64,000 nt of DNA from a virus. The notes below the pieces were generated by a model. The model made no database searches. It was not told the origin of the DNA and worked only from the letters and a program-made list of their open reading frames with translations. Positions 8,973 through 17,648 of the stretch are shown here, one piece after another. The DNA lies in IMG/VR virus record IMGVR_UViG_3300050821_016647, positions 32,001 through 96,000 of that record, one strand, 5' to 3'. Every line of letters starts with the position of its first letter. Position 1 is the first letter of the stretch. The translations under genes were made by a program, and so were the position numbers.

Positions 8973-10165
8973 CCGGGACCTCCGTTGCCTTGCCGCCATC
9001 GCGCAAGCCGGCGAAGAATGGCGTCCGTCGTAGGATTCTGCGGCGCTCTTCCGAGACCGGTCATGTTCGGGCGATGCACTACCGTCTTCGGCTCTCCACG
9101 GCCCGTACGCCACTGTTTAGCGATTCGTTGAATGATGCCGTCCGCCTTCGTGACTACGGCTGCGGGCAGTCCTGCCAGACGCGACGACGTGTTCGACGCA
9201 TTCGGATGAGGAGGCGACGCCGGACGCTTCGGCTGCGGCTCGCCGGACTGACCACCTTCGGGCAAACACGCGTCGTACGCGCTCGTATCCTCGGCGCTGC
9301 GTCGCATCGTGTTGTCGCCGACCTCGGTCGTGTCGCGCGTAAGTCGGTCACCATCGCCGGGACGTCGGTACGTCTTCGGTGATCCGGTCGGCGCCTGCTC
9401 TTCCATCTCGAAGATGAGTGATCCTGCGATGCGGCCGTAGATCGACAGGGGGTAGTTCTGGACGAACGCGTCCTCGGGCGTCGTGCCTTGCGTCGTCAAA
9501 AACTGAAGTGCTCCACCACCCGTCGTGGGCGGTGGCGCGGAGCGGGTACTCGGGTCCGTCTGCTGCACGCTCGCCATGAAAACGATGTTGCAGGGGCCCT
9601 CGAACGCCACGTCGCAGACAGAAGGCTCACTCCAACGGTCGCAACGCAAGTCGAAGAAGCGACCGAGCTCAGGAGTAAGAACGTTACCCGGAAACGATCC
9701 GCCGTACGGAGGCGTGACGACATTTCCGACGATGGTCTCGAAGATCTGAGCCGGTGTCTGACTCACCTCGAACGCCATTCCCTCGGCGTTCTGCGCGTTG
9801 GCCAGAATCTTGGCACCCGGCGGAAGCTTGCGGATGCCCCAGAGAACGTTACCGTCGACATAACTCCACGTCGGCGTCACCACCGGCCTCTCGAGCGGGT
9901 AGGTGTACGCGCCACCACCCGTACCGAGTGGAATCTGGTCGAGAAGCGTCAGGTACTGGCGAAATCCCACCACTCGCCCGCGTTGCCCGGCGTTGAAATA
10001 CTTCGCGCACAGCACAAAGAGCTGCCGCTGCGTCGGAACCTGCGGACCGCCGTTCGTCCCGATGAAGAGGCCGAGGTCATACGGACCACCGAGTGGGTCC
10101 GAGCCAACAAGCTGCCGGTTCGGATTCAGCCCGACCGTCACGATTTCTAGGCGGCTGCGACGCAT
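8969..10165 (-). CDS. Beta-rich structural protein, candidate jelly-roll minor capsid/vertex protein with disordered C-tail
   Basis: GGAGG RBS; strand-like segments RGRVVGFRQYLTL, CNIVFMASVQQ, YGRIAGSLIFEM parallel those in 11366..11971 and 12087..13328. Confidence 0.5.
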   Translation of the reverse strand: MRRSRLEIVTVGLNPNRQLVGSDPLGGPYDLGLFIGTNGGPQVPTQRQLFVLCAKYFNAGQRGRVVGFRQYLTLLDQIPLGTGGGAYTYPLERPVVTPTWSYVDGNVLWGIRKLPPGAKILANAQNAEGMAFEVSQTPAQIFETIVGNVVTPPYGGSFPGNVLTPELGRFFDLRCDRWSEPSVCDVAFEGPCNIVFMASVQQTDPSTRSAPPPTTGGGALQFLTTQGTTPEDAFVQNYPLSIYGRIAGSLIFEMEEQAPTGSPKTYRRPGDGDRLTRDTTEVGDNTMRRSAEDTSAYDACLPEGGQSGEPQPKRPASPPHPNASNTSSRLAGLPAAVVTKADGIIQRIAKQWRTGRGEPKTVVHRPNMTGLGRAPQNPTTDAILRRLARWRQGNGGPG

Positions 10166-10189
10166 TACGCTGCCTCCCGTGCTATAAAT

Positions 10190-10220
10190 GCTGCCTGCGG
10201 CGCGTCAACGCCCAGGCAGC
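10190..10220 (+). promoter_or_regulatory. Stem-loop just downstream of a TATAAAT element, upstream of the endonuclease
   Basis: gctgcctg-c-ggcg-[cgtcaa]-cgcc-caggcagc; tataaat at 10183-10189. Confidence 0.4.
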
Positions 10221-10254
10221 GTGGCTCACCTCGACCTTTGCAGGGAGGCGAACG

Positions 10255-10299
10255 ATGAAGATTGTGAATGGTTTCCGTGCGCGTGTCGAGGTCGGTTGA
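10255..10299 (+). CDS. 14-aa leader ORF coupled to the endonuclease
   Basis: GGGAGG RBS at 10243-10248, MKIVNGFRARVEVG*, TGA immediately followed by ATG 10300. Confidence 0.35.
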   Translation: MKIVNGFRARVEVG

Positions 10300-11295
10300 A
10301 TGAAAACCGACCCGGAGAGCCGTTGGTTCACCATCTACGTTCACACGTGCGACGCGGACCCGCGAAGCAGCGGCGATCGTCTTGGTAAAGGAAAGCAGTA
10401 CGTCGGGCAGGTGGTTCATTTGCTCGGTGACGCTTCGGACACGCCGGAACTGGCAATGAAAAGGCGATGGCGAGCAAAACGTTATGAACGATCGCTGATC
10501 GGTCATACTGTCCGTCAGTTCGGAACAAAGAATTTTCGTCACGAGATTCTTGATACTGTACTCGGACAGACCGCGGCCAACCTCGCTGAAGCCGAGTGGG
10601 CTGAAAAACTCGATACCTACGAACCACACGGGTACAACAGAAGAAAATGTGGAACGCAGGGTGCACTGACTTTTGAGGAACGCAGTGCGTTTGGCCGCAT
10701 CGCGCGTCGTAAAGGAATGGAAACGCTTGGTCCAGAAGGACGAAGCGCAGCCATGTACAAGGCTAAGGAAACGTTGGGACCCGAAGGACGAAAGGCAATT
10801 AGTCGTAAAGCAATGGAGACACTCGGTCCCGAAGGACGGAGCGCGGCTGCTCAAAAAGCGAAGGAAACGCTGGGACCCGAAGGACGAAAATCGGCCACTC
10901 GCAAGGCGAATGAAACGAAGGGTCCTGAAGGTCGAAGTGCTGCCGTCCGCAAGGCGCTGAAAACAATGGGTCCTAAAGGTCGGCACGCACGTGCACTCAA
11001 ATCGAATATGACATCGGGACCAGATGGTCGAAGCGCCCGTGTGCGCAGAGCCAATGCGACGAGAGGGCCTGAAGGACGAAGAGCCTCTGCTCTCAAAGGA
11101 ATCGAGACTCAAGGTCCCGAAGGACTGAAACAACGCCTCTACAAGGCTTGGGACGTGCGTTGGTTCAAAGCGCTTCGACTCGCTCTTGCACAAAAAGACT
11201 TTGTGAGAGCTATCGGCGTTCTCAAGGCGTGCCTCTACGCCACAATGCGGAGGCTGGCCGAAGATCCTCTCTTTGGCGAACAGATAGTCGAATAG
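10300..11295 (+). CDS. Free-standing GIY-YIG homing endonuclease with nine 16-aa repeats
   Basis: FTIYVH...KQYVGQ GIY-YIG-like motif, downstream R, E (EAEW) and GYN; antisense insertion in the structural operon. Confidence 0.75.
   Translation: MKTDPESRWFTIYVHTCDADPRSSGDRLGKGKQYVGQVVHLLGDASDTPELAMKRRWRAKRYERSLIGHTVRQFGTKNFRHEILDTVLGQTAANLAEAEWAEKLDTYEPHGYNRRKCGTQGALTFEERSAFGRIARRKGMETLGPEGRSAAMYKAKETLGPEGRKAISRKAMETLGPEGRSAAAQKAKETLGPEGRKSATRKANETKGPEGRSAAVRKALKTMGPKGRHARALKSNMTSGPDGRSARVRRANATRGPEGRRASALKGIETQGPEGLKQRLYKAWDVRWFKALRLALAQKDFVRAIGVLKACLYATMRRLAEDPLFGEQIVE
10711..11142 (+). repeat. 9 x 48-nt (16-aa) coding tandem repeat K(A/G)xET(L)GPEGRxAxxx
   Basis: KGMETLGPEGRSAAMY / KAKETLGPEGRKAISR / KAMETLGPEGRSAAAQ ... 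KGIETQGPEGLKQRLY. Confidence 0.9.
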
Positions 11296-11365
11296 CGGGC
11301 CTGATGTCGCCGCGTATTGACTACTGACTATTTTTCGATCTCTCCACCTGCGCACGGGTGCCTCC

Positions 11366-11971
11366 TCACGGGCACTCCACCGCCGGGGGGACCCAAAATC
11401 CGAGCTCGCGAAGTTTGCAGGCCGCAACGTCCACGCTGATTTCGTCTACTGTGTGGTCCAAAAATTGCCAGCCGTTGAACGTAAGTACACAGTTGTACGG
11501 GGGCGCATTGGGCTCGCTCGCCGGGAACACTTGCGTGAGCATGAACTCGATCTCGATGTTCTGTTGCTTGTAGAGCGGCCACCCGCTCACCCAGCGCGAC
11601 GAGATGAGGTTCACGAAGTTGTTGAGCGGCGTGAAGTTCGGCGAGACGAGGTAGCGCGGCCCCGAGTGCACCGTGCAGCGCACCGAGATGCCTGGCGCCA
11701 TTCGGAGGTTCGCGTCGTACAGCGTCTTGAAGATGTTGCCCGCGAAGACGTTCGGCTGCTGAAGATCGTACTGGAGATTGTCTATCCAAGTTCTTTGGGC
11801 AATGGTTGTATCAAGACCAGCTTCGATGGGTTGCTGCCCCAGAGCCGCAGAGGAGAATGAACCCGATGCGTTGATCGAGATTGGAATCCGAGGAATCCCG
11901 AGGACGATCCCATACGCCGCGATCGGGTCCATGACCGCTAGGTCTTGAATGTACTGCGGCTTCGGTTCCAT
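11366..11971 (-). CDS. Beta-rich structural protein, candidate small single-jelly-roll capsid protein
   Basis: 201 aa; strands TWIDNLQYDL, ISVRCTV..RYLV, WPLYKQQNIEIEFML, YNCVLTFNGWQF; directly downstream of the MCP candidate. Confidence 0.55.
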   Translation of the reverse strand: MEPKPQYIQDLAVMDPIAAYGIVLGIPRIPISINASGSFSSAALGQQPIEAGLDTTIAQRTWIDNLQYDLQQPNVFAGNIFKTLYDANLRMAPGISVRCTVHSGPRYLVSPNFTPLNNFVNLISSRWVSGWPLYKQQNIEIEFMLTQVFPASEPNAPPYNCVLTFNGWQFLDHTVDEISVDVAACKLRELGFWVPPAVECP

Positions 11972-12012
11972 GCTCGTCCTCCTTTCCTTCTCTCGTTGAA
12001 GCTAAGCGCGTG

Positions 12013-12071
12013 AAAAACAAGATGCCCCGAAGCCACCCGACTCTCCCTCCTAGGAAAGAGAGCCGGGCAGC
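12013..12071 (-). terminator. Long hairpin plus U-rich tail after the MCP candidate
   Basis: On minus: gctgcccggctctc...gagagtcgggtggc (14-bp stem with GU pairs, 12032-12071) followed by cttgttttt. Confidence 0.55.
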
Positions 12072-12086
12072 TCCAGAGCTCTACGA

Positions 12087-13328
12087 TCAGCCGCCCGCTG
12101 ACTGCGCGGTCCCGACCACGCCCGCCGGGACGAGGTGGTTCAGGATGTACTGCTTCCAGGGTCCCCAGATCTCGAAGCCCTTGATGAGAATGGCGAGCTG
12201 GAGCGCGCCACCCTTCATGAGCACGCGATCCGTCTCGACGGCCTTCTCGACCACGATCGTGGTCGGCTCTGCCGTGTCCGCGAACGACAGCTCTGCGATC
12301 GTAACCGCCGTGAGGCCGTCCGTCGCCGGGCCGATCGGCATCACGGTGTGCGTGGTGCCGAAGCCATGGTCGTTGTTGGACAGGTATTGCTTCATGAGGT
12401 TCTGGTGGTACTCGTCCTGCGCCTTGAGCACCATCCCGATCGGGATGCCGCGCTCGAGCAGAACCGGCTTGAACAGCTTCCGGAACGGCTGGAGCATGCC
12501 CGTCATCCCCTGCGTGCGGAGGCCGCCGTAGGTGACGTCGAGCAGATCGTACGCGCGGGTCGGGTGGTACACGCCCGTGCTCGTCGCGCCGCCGGTCGTG
12601 ACCGACCCGATGCGCTGCGAGTTGATCGGGAGGAACGTGCCCGTATCACCGATGGGCGCGCCCTGGTACTTCGCGTTCACGCGGTCGACGTACCGCTGGA
12701 ACGCCTGCTGCGAAGAGCCCGCCGCGACGGCCTCGGCGTACGAGCCGAAGTAGCTCACGTCCGCCGCCAGCTCGTTGATCAGCAGGTAACGCTGCTGCAT
12801 GATCCACTGGAACTGGTAGGCGTTCATGAGGTGCCAGAGCGCGTTCTGCGCGCAGACGCCCCACTCGAGCGTGGCCGGGGTCATCGTCTGACCGCCCGAG
12901 AGTCCGAGGCCGGTCAGGTCATCGGTCGCGAACGAGTCGGGCGAGTTCGGGATCGCCCCGGATGCCGGCTGGAAGTTGATGTAGTTGCCGATCTGCGAGC
13001 CCTGCTGGGGCTCGGCAAACCCGTGCACGCCGAAGCCGATGACCAGCATGTCGACTTGGAGGATGCCGTTGATGACGAACGAGCTGTCGACGTCCTGGAC
13101 CCCCGGTACGGCCTTGGGGTTTTGGAGCACGTCGATCTCGTCACCGAACGTCCCGTCGATGAAGCCGTCGGCGACGGGCAGATCGATCGTCCACGTCACG
13201 TACTCGATGACGGGCACCTGCGTAAAACCGCAAGTGAGAACGCTGTTGACGACGTTGTCGGAGGGAGCCGCACCGAGTCCCACCATGCGGCTGGGATTCT
13301 CGAGCTTGTGCATGCTTGAGCTTTTCAT
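12087..13328 (-). CDS. Candidate major capsid protein (jelly-roll type)
   Basis: 413 aa, beta-rich, AGGAG RBS, very strong C/G third-position bias, followed by a terminator-like hairpin, next to the core protein; N-terminal leader ...ENPSRMVGLG; no HK97 features seen. Confidence 0.55.
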   Translation of the reverse strand: MKSSSMHKLENPSRMVGLGAAPSDNVVNSVLTCGFTQVPVIEYVTWTIDLPVADGFIDGTFGDEIDVLQNPKAVPGVQDVDSSFVINGILQVDMLVIGFGVHGFAEPQQGSQIGNYINFQPASGAIPNSPDSFATDDLTGLGLSGGQTMTPATLEWGVCAQNALWHLMNAYQFQWIMQQRYLLINELAADVSYFGSYAEAVAAGSSQQAFQRYVDRVNAKYQGAPIGDTGTFLPINSQRIGSVTTGGATSTGVYHPTRAYDLLDVTYGGLRTQGMTGMLQPFRKLFKPVLLERGIPIGMVLKAQDEYHQNLMKQYLSNNDHGFGTTHTVMPIGPATDGLTAVTIAELSFADTAEPTTIVVEKAVETDRVLMKGGALQLAILIKGFEIWGPWKQYILNHLVPAGVVGTAQSAGG

Positions 13329-13441
13329 CTGTTTCTCCTGCGCCTGCGGGAGACCCGCATTCGCATGATGGTTTCAAGGCGTTGGACGAACTACGAACTA
13401 TCGAGGCACGCACTCACTAAACGAGCTGAGCGCGTTGAACT

Positions 13442-15139
13442 TCAGTCCTCCGGGAACGAGGCGTACATCCCGAAGCCCTTGGGGAGAGCTCCGAGACACG
13501 ACTCATCACGAATCGCTGCCATCGCAGCAGCGTGCGTAGCGGCGATGCCGCCAGAGGTGCTCGTGCACGGAGCGCACTGCGGACCCGTGCTGGGTCCACC
13601 TGGCAGAACCGTTCCGGCCGGCGGGTCCTGGACCACGTCGCCGGTATTCGTGAGAATACCGTGCGGGGTCTGGAGCGGATGCGCAGGGTAACCGACAGGA
13701 ATGGTCGGTCCACCGCCCGGTGCATAGATCGCCGGAGGCGTGCTGCCGCCGGGCAATCCAGGAGGAGCGTTCCCTGGGCCGCCAGGCGAGTACGGCGCCT
13801 GGTTCGGCTGGGACGCTGGAATCACCATGGACGTCGGTGCAATCGGCGTGTTCACGGTGAGAGGCGAGGGAGCGTTCTGTCCCACACCGCGTGCCTTGGG
13901 CCCAGGGTCCCTTAGCGCCGGACGGCGACCGACACCGCGGGGGAGACCCGCGAGCGGAGTCGACGTCGTGGGAGCTGCCGCGGTTCCGGCTGCCGGAGTG
14001 GCCGCCGTCACCGCCGCCTGCGCTTCGATCTCGGCGAGGTAGAGCTGCTGTCCGAGCGCCGTCGAACCGATCATGGAAGCCATGACCGACTTGAACAGGT
14101 TGCCGAACAGAGCCGCGCCCGCGCCGAGCATCATGCCCTGAAGGGCCGCGCGGCCCCACGGGGAATCGACGAACGCCGCCGCGATCCCTGGCACCGCAGC
14201 CACGCCGAACTGCGCGGCCATGGACTGCCAGGATGGGAATGCCTGAGTCGCGACGTCGTTCGGAACGACCTGCGTGCCGCCCGGTGGAACGCTGTTCGCT
14301 GGCTGACCTGCCGCAACGGCTGTCGTCGACATGTACCGTCCGACGAAGTCCGCGAGACCGTAGCCGAGGATGCCGGTGATTCCGACGAGCACGAGCTCAC
14401 CACCAGACAGCGGGTTCGAGAGCACATAGCCCTCAGCACCGATCGTGTCGTACGCCTCGCGCTCGCTGTAGCCGGACCGACCGTAGGCCGGCAACCGGTG
14501 CGAACGCGGAGTGCGACGTGCATGTGACCGACGACGGCTCGAGCTGCGGCGCGTCTTGCGGTGCCGACGCGGAGCCGCACGACGAGTGCGACGCGCATGC
14601 GACCGACGGACCGAACGACGACGCCGACGCGGCGCAGAGAGCCCGAGGCGACGCCGACGCCGACGAATGCCCTTCAGGGCCGCCTTGCGGTGCCGACGCG
14701 GTTGCCCGAACCACTCCTTCGCGCGCGCCCTCTTCCGGCGGCGACGCGGAGCTGCGCGACGAACCGCACGACGCCGACGCCGACGGACCGGAGCCGCGTG
14801 GTGCCGACGCGCCGCGAGGCGACGCCGACGCCGACGGATGCCCTTGCGAGCGGCACGACGGTGACGGATCGGTTGTCCCTTCCAATCGGAAGCCTTCGCC
14901 CTGCGACGCCGACGGCGCTTGGGGGCTGCTGCCGCGGGGGCTGCAACGCGACGCCGACGCCGACGACGCGGGGCGGCTGCCGGAGCGGCTGCCCGGCGAC
15001 GACGCCTGCGCGGAGCTGCGGCGGGGGCTGCGGCCCTGCGACGGCGACGGCGCGGCGCTGCGGCGGACGACTTCACGAAGTGGCCCCTCGAGTTTCTTTT
15101 GCGACCGCGGGCTGCGCGCGACTTGCGGCGTGACTTCAT
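13442..15139 (-). CDS. Protamine-like Arg-rich core protein fused to membrane segments and a Pro-rich tail (alternative start 15502)
   Basis: AGGGAG RBS before MKSRRK at 15139; repeated APRRRRRR(A)n; duplicated W(K/F)GQPxRHR(R/K)AAxKG; hydrophobic helices after LSNPLSGG; two RGVG motifs. Confidence 0.8.
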   Translation of the reverse strand: MKSRRKSRAARGRKRNSRGHFVKSSAAAPRRRRRRAAAPAAAPRRRRRRAAAPAAAPRRRRRRRVAAPAAAAPKRRRRRRAKASDWKGQPIRHRRAARKGIRRRRRRLAARRHHAAPVRRRRRRAVRRAAPRRRRKRARAKEWFGQPRRHRKAALKGIRRRRRRLGLSAPRRRRRSVRRSHARRTRRAAPRRHRKTRRSSSRRRSHARRTPRSHRLPAYGRSGYSEREAYDTIGAEGYVLSNPLSGGELVLVGITGILGYGLADFVGRYMSTTAVAAGQPANSVPPGGTQVVPNDVATQAFPSWQSMAAQFGVAAVPGIAAAFVDSPWGRAALQGMMLGAGAALFGNLFKSVMASMIGSTALGQQLYLAEIEAQAAVTAATPAAGTAAAPTTSTPLAGLPRGVGRRPALRDPGPKARGVGQNAPSPLTVNTPIAPTSMVIPASQPNQAPYSPGGPGNAPPGLPGGSTPPAIYAPGGGPTIPVGYPAHPLQTPHGILTNTGDVVQDPPAGTVLPGGPSTGPQCAPCTSTSGGIAATHAAAMAAIRDESCLGALPKGFGMYASFPED

Positions 15140-15360
15140 TGGCAGTGTCTCCCTAGTGGAAAAACCCGGCGCTTTGGCCGACTTCGAAACGGTAACGAAG
15201 TAGCCTGTAGACGTCAAACGTCTCACATGATTGGCAGTCGTCGAACGCGGTTTACGACCACGTGAATAGCGACGGATCACCGAGAATTTGGCTCTCGAAT
15301 GCTTGCGACGTCGCGGCGCACTATTCGACTTGTCGGAGCGAGTTTTCGTGGCTACTCGCT

Positions 15361-15427
15361 TTGTAATACGCTTGTGTGCAGCGCTCGTAGACCGATTTCG
15401 CGATACACGCTTAGGTTTTGTATTACG
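15361..15427. promoter_or_regulatory. Two copies of TTGTA(A/T)TACG upstream of the core/MCP genes
   Basis: TTGTAATACG-ctt-GTGTGC at 15361-15379 and TTGTATTACG at 15418-15427; same motif at 28111 and 43736. Confidence 0.5.
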
Positions 15428-15543
15428 AGCGCCGGCTTCGTCGCTTTCACTCCTGAATGCGTTCATTCGAGCCGCATAATCCCCGCCGGATGACTTCGCC
15501 ATCCACAACGAATACGCCCACGCGGGCGGAACGACAACTCGCT

Positions 15544-15981
15544 CTACGGGAACACGTACCCGCGGTCGTCTACGATGCAGCCGTCTCCCAGTGACAACTT
15601 GTAAATGCGACCAGCTTTCCACAGAGTGGGTTGCCGCGATTTGAACGGGTGATGGAAGCCACCACTGGCTCGCTTGCCCTTGCGCACGTAAAGAATCTGC
15701 GCAACTTCTCCGACTTTCTTCCAGCCATCCTTCGGAATCTTCGGCAGCGTCGCGAGCACCGCTTGGTAGTCGGCACCGAAGTAGCGCCGGTGCGATCGAT
15801 TCATCTCGACCGGACGCCGCGTCTTCTTGAAGGGTCCAAAAAAGACATCACACTTCGGCAACACGACCCCTTCCTGGTCGTGGAACGTCCCATAGGATGC
15901 CGGCAAGCGAATGGTCTTACCGTTGGCCATCTCGAAGACCACGCGGTCCGACTCGACACGAATGGACGGCGACTCGCTCAC
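15544..15981 (-). CDS. Basic hypothetical protein (145 aa)
   Basis: GTG start overlapping the upstream TGA (GTGA); K/R-rich globular sequence. Confidence 0.7.
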   Translation of the reverse strand: MSESPSIRVESDRVVFEMANGKTIRLPASYGTFHDQEGVVLPKCDVFFGPFKKTRRPVEMNRSHRRYFGADYQAVLATLPKIPKDGWKKVGEVAQILYVRKGKRASGGFHHPFKSRQPTLWKAGRIYKLSLGDGCIVDDRGYVFP

Positions 15982-16379
15982 GACGCCCCCTGCTGAAGCG
16001 AGCTCGAGTACCCGCCGGGGGCCCCGCCTGAAGCAACGTAATTGAGCATGTTGGCCGTGGCCCACGTTTGGTAACCACTAACGGAGGGTGCCGTCCCAGC
16101 CGGCAACGACGCAACGTACATCGCCGGCAGCTGTGCAATCGAAGCGGCAAGCGCCGTCGACTGCGCCGCAGTCGGCTGCATCCCTCCGATGCCTGCGTTG
16201 GTCGCAAGGATCTGATTCAAGATCCCGTTCTGCACGTCCGCGCTCGGGGGCCAGACGCTGTTCTGATACGTGGTGTAAACCATCCACCCGACGCCGCCGA
16301 CGACGACCGCGCCCAGACCCAGCAGAAGCCACTGCTGAGCCTGGGGGGAAAGCGGGTTACGTCGGGAGCGCCGTCTCAT
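15978..16379 (-). CDS. Small membrane protein: Arg-rich N-terminus, NP motif, TM
   Basis: MRRRSRRNPLSPQAQQWLLLGLGAVVVGGVGWMVY. Confidence 0.8.
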   Translation of the reverse strand: MRRRSRRNPLSPQAQQWLLLGLGAVVVGGVGWMVYTTYQNSVWPPSADVQNGILNQILATNAGIGGMQPTAAQSTALAASIAQLPAMYVASLPAGTAPSVSGYQTWATANMLNYVASGGAPGGYSSSLQQGAS

Positions 16380-16392
16380 TCGCCGACCGCGA

Positions 16393-16692
16393 TCAGATGG
16401 CCGCGAGATTCGACGCGTAGGGCTGGAAGATGGATGGCAGATTCGCAACGGCGGCCTGACCGGCCGGCGTCTGAAGCCATGCCTGCTCGTTCGCAGTCAC
16501 CGGCGTCGAACCCGCCGGTAGCGTCGCGGCATACGCGGCGTTGAGCTGGGACGCCTCGTAGATCGTGTACACGATCCCGGCCGCGGTAAGCGTCCCGAGG
16601 CCGATGAGCAGCCACTCGATTCCGGTCGGATTCTCTTTGCCGTACGCGCGAGAGCTGCTGAAACGACGGCGTCGATGATGTCTTCTTCGCAT
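16393..16692 (-). CDS. Small membrane protein, paralogue of 15978..16379
   Basis: MRRRHHRRRRF...KENPTGIEWLLIGLGTLTAAGIVYTIY. Confidence 0.8.
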   Translation of the reverse strand: MRRRHHRRRRFSSSRAYGKENPTGIEWLLIGLGTLTAAGIVYTIYEASQLNAAYAATLPAGSTPVTANEQAWLQTPAGQAAVANLPSIFQPYASNLAAI

Positions 16693-16722
16693 GGGAATCT
16701 CCTGTTGAGGTGACCGACGTTA

Positions 16723-17646
16723 TCAGATCCTTCTTGGACCTGGAACTTTGCCGACTCCACGCACCATCTGCTGCGAAAACGCGTAGTCCTTTGCCTCTTT
16801 CACCGGAGTGCCGTCTGGAAAACACGGCAATCCTCTCTCGAGCCCGACAGGCACGTAAGACGCGCTGTCAGCTTGAGGCGCGAAGGCGTGAGCCATCGGA
16901 AAGACGCCAACGCCTGTTGGTTGAGCTGCTGGCTCTGTCTGCACAGGCACTGCGCCCACTCCAATGAAGTCGCCGTGGTCCGGTTCTTTTCCCATGGTCG
17001 TCGGAGCTCCGTTAGGTGTGGAAGACATTGTCCCGCTGATGGGGTCGACCCACCATTCCTTGGTCGCCGGATAGGACTCGTCCACGCCGTATTTCTCTGA
17101 CGACGGATCGACCTTCATCCAATTACCGTTGTCGCCGAGCACGGCGCAAATGACGTGGGTTGCCTGAGAGGTCCCGTACGCCTGACCTACGATCCGTGTC
17201 TCGATGCCAATCGAGAGCATTGCCGATGCGAACGCGATGCAGCGGTCATCACAATCGGCGGCAGGCATGCAGAGCCCATGTTCGTCCAGACAAAGCGTAC
17301 GAGCAGGAGTCGCCATGAGCTCGGTGTTGACCGGGTCCTGGACGTAAACGGTCCTTTTTCGAATCTCGTTGAGGATGGCTTGCGCCTGTCCTTTGACGGT
17401 CTTCGGCTTGCCCGCGGCAATGAGAACTTTCCCGGCGAACGCGCGGAGCCGCGGGTCATTACGGCCGTCGCGAATGTACTTCGACATCTCGTTGAGCGAG
17501 TAATTCGTCCCTTCAACCCCCGGTGGATGTCGGTCCTGAATCACCGGCGTTCCAAGCGCTTTCGCCGCCTCGGTCGCAGACGGAGCGAAGCCTTTGCCGA
17601 AACCAGCAATCGGGCGGGGAAATGCGGGAACGTCGGAATCGCTCAT
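16723..17646 (-). CDS. Transglutaminase-like (papain-fold) enzyme, candidate maturation protease or cross-linker
   Basis: Start MSDSDV two nt after the upstream stop; ADCDD (Cys), THV (His), WMKVDPS (Asp) catalytic-triad pattern; upstream YVQDP motif. Confidence 0.8.
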   Translation of the reverse strand: MSDSDVPAFPRPIAGFGKGFAPSATEAAKALGTPVIQDRHPPGVEGTNYSLNEMSKYIRDGRNDPRLRAFAGKVLIAAGKPKTVKGQAQAILNEIRKRTVYVQDPVNTELMATPARTLCLDEHGLCMPAADCDDRCIAFASAMLSIGIETRIVGQAYGTSQATHVICAVLGDNGNWMKVDPSSEKYGVDESYPATKEWWVDPISGTMSSTPNGAPTTMGKEPDHGDFIGVGAVPVQTEPAAQPTGVGVFPMAHAFAPQADSASYVPVGLERGLPCFPDGTPVKEAKDYAFSQQMVRGVGKVPGPRRI

Positions 17647-17648
17647 GG

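Noticed and set aside
10165-11427. 420-aa minus-strand ORF that would keep the operon co-directional
   Set aside because: Antisense to the GIY-YIG gene, whose motif and repeats are meaningful only on plus
12135-13319. 394-aa plus-strand ORF (also 29116..30378, 24634..25566, 38407..39444, 19738..20817)
   Set aside because: Antisense shadows of GC3-biased genes; no RBS, coupling or motifs
15140-15622. Longer starts of the core gene (15502 or 15622)
   Set aside because: No RBS, AT-richer codons, and contains two copies of the regulatory motif; 15502 is not excluded
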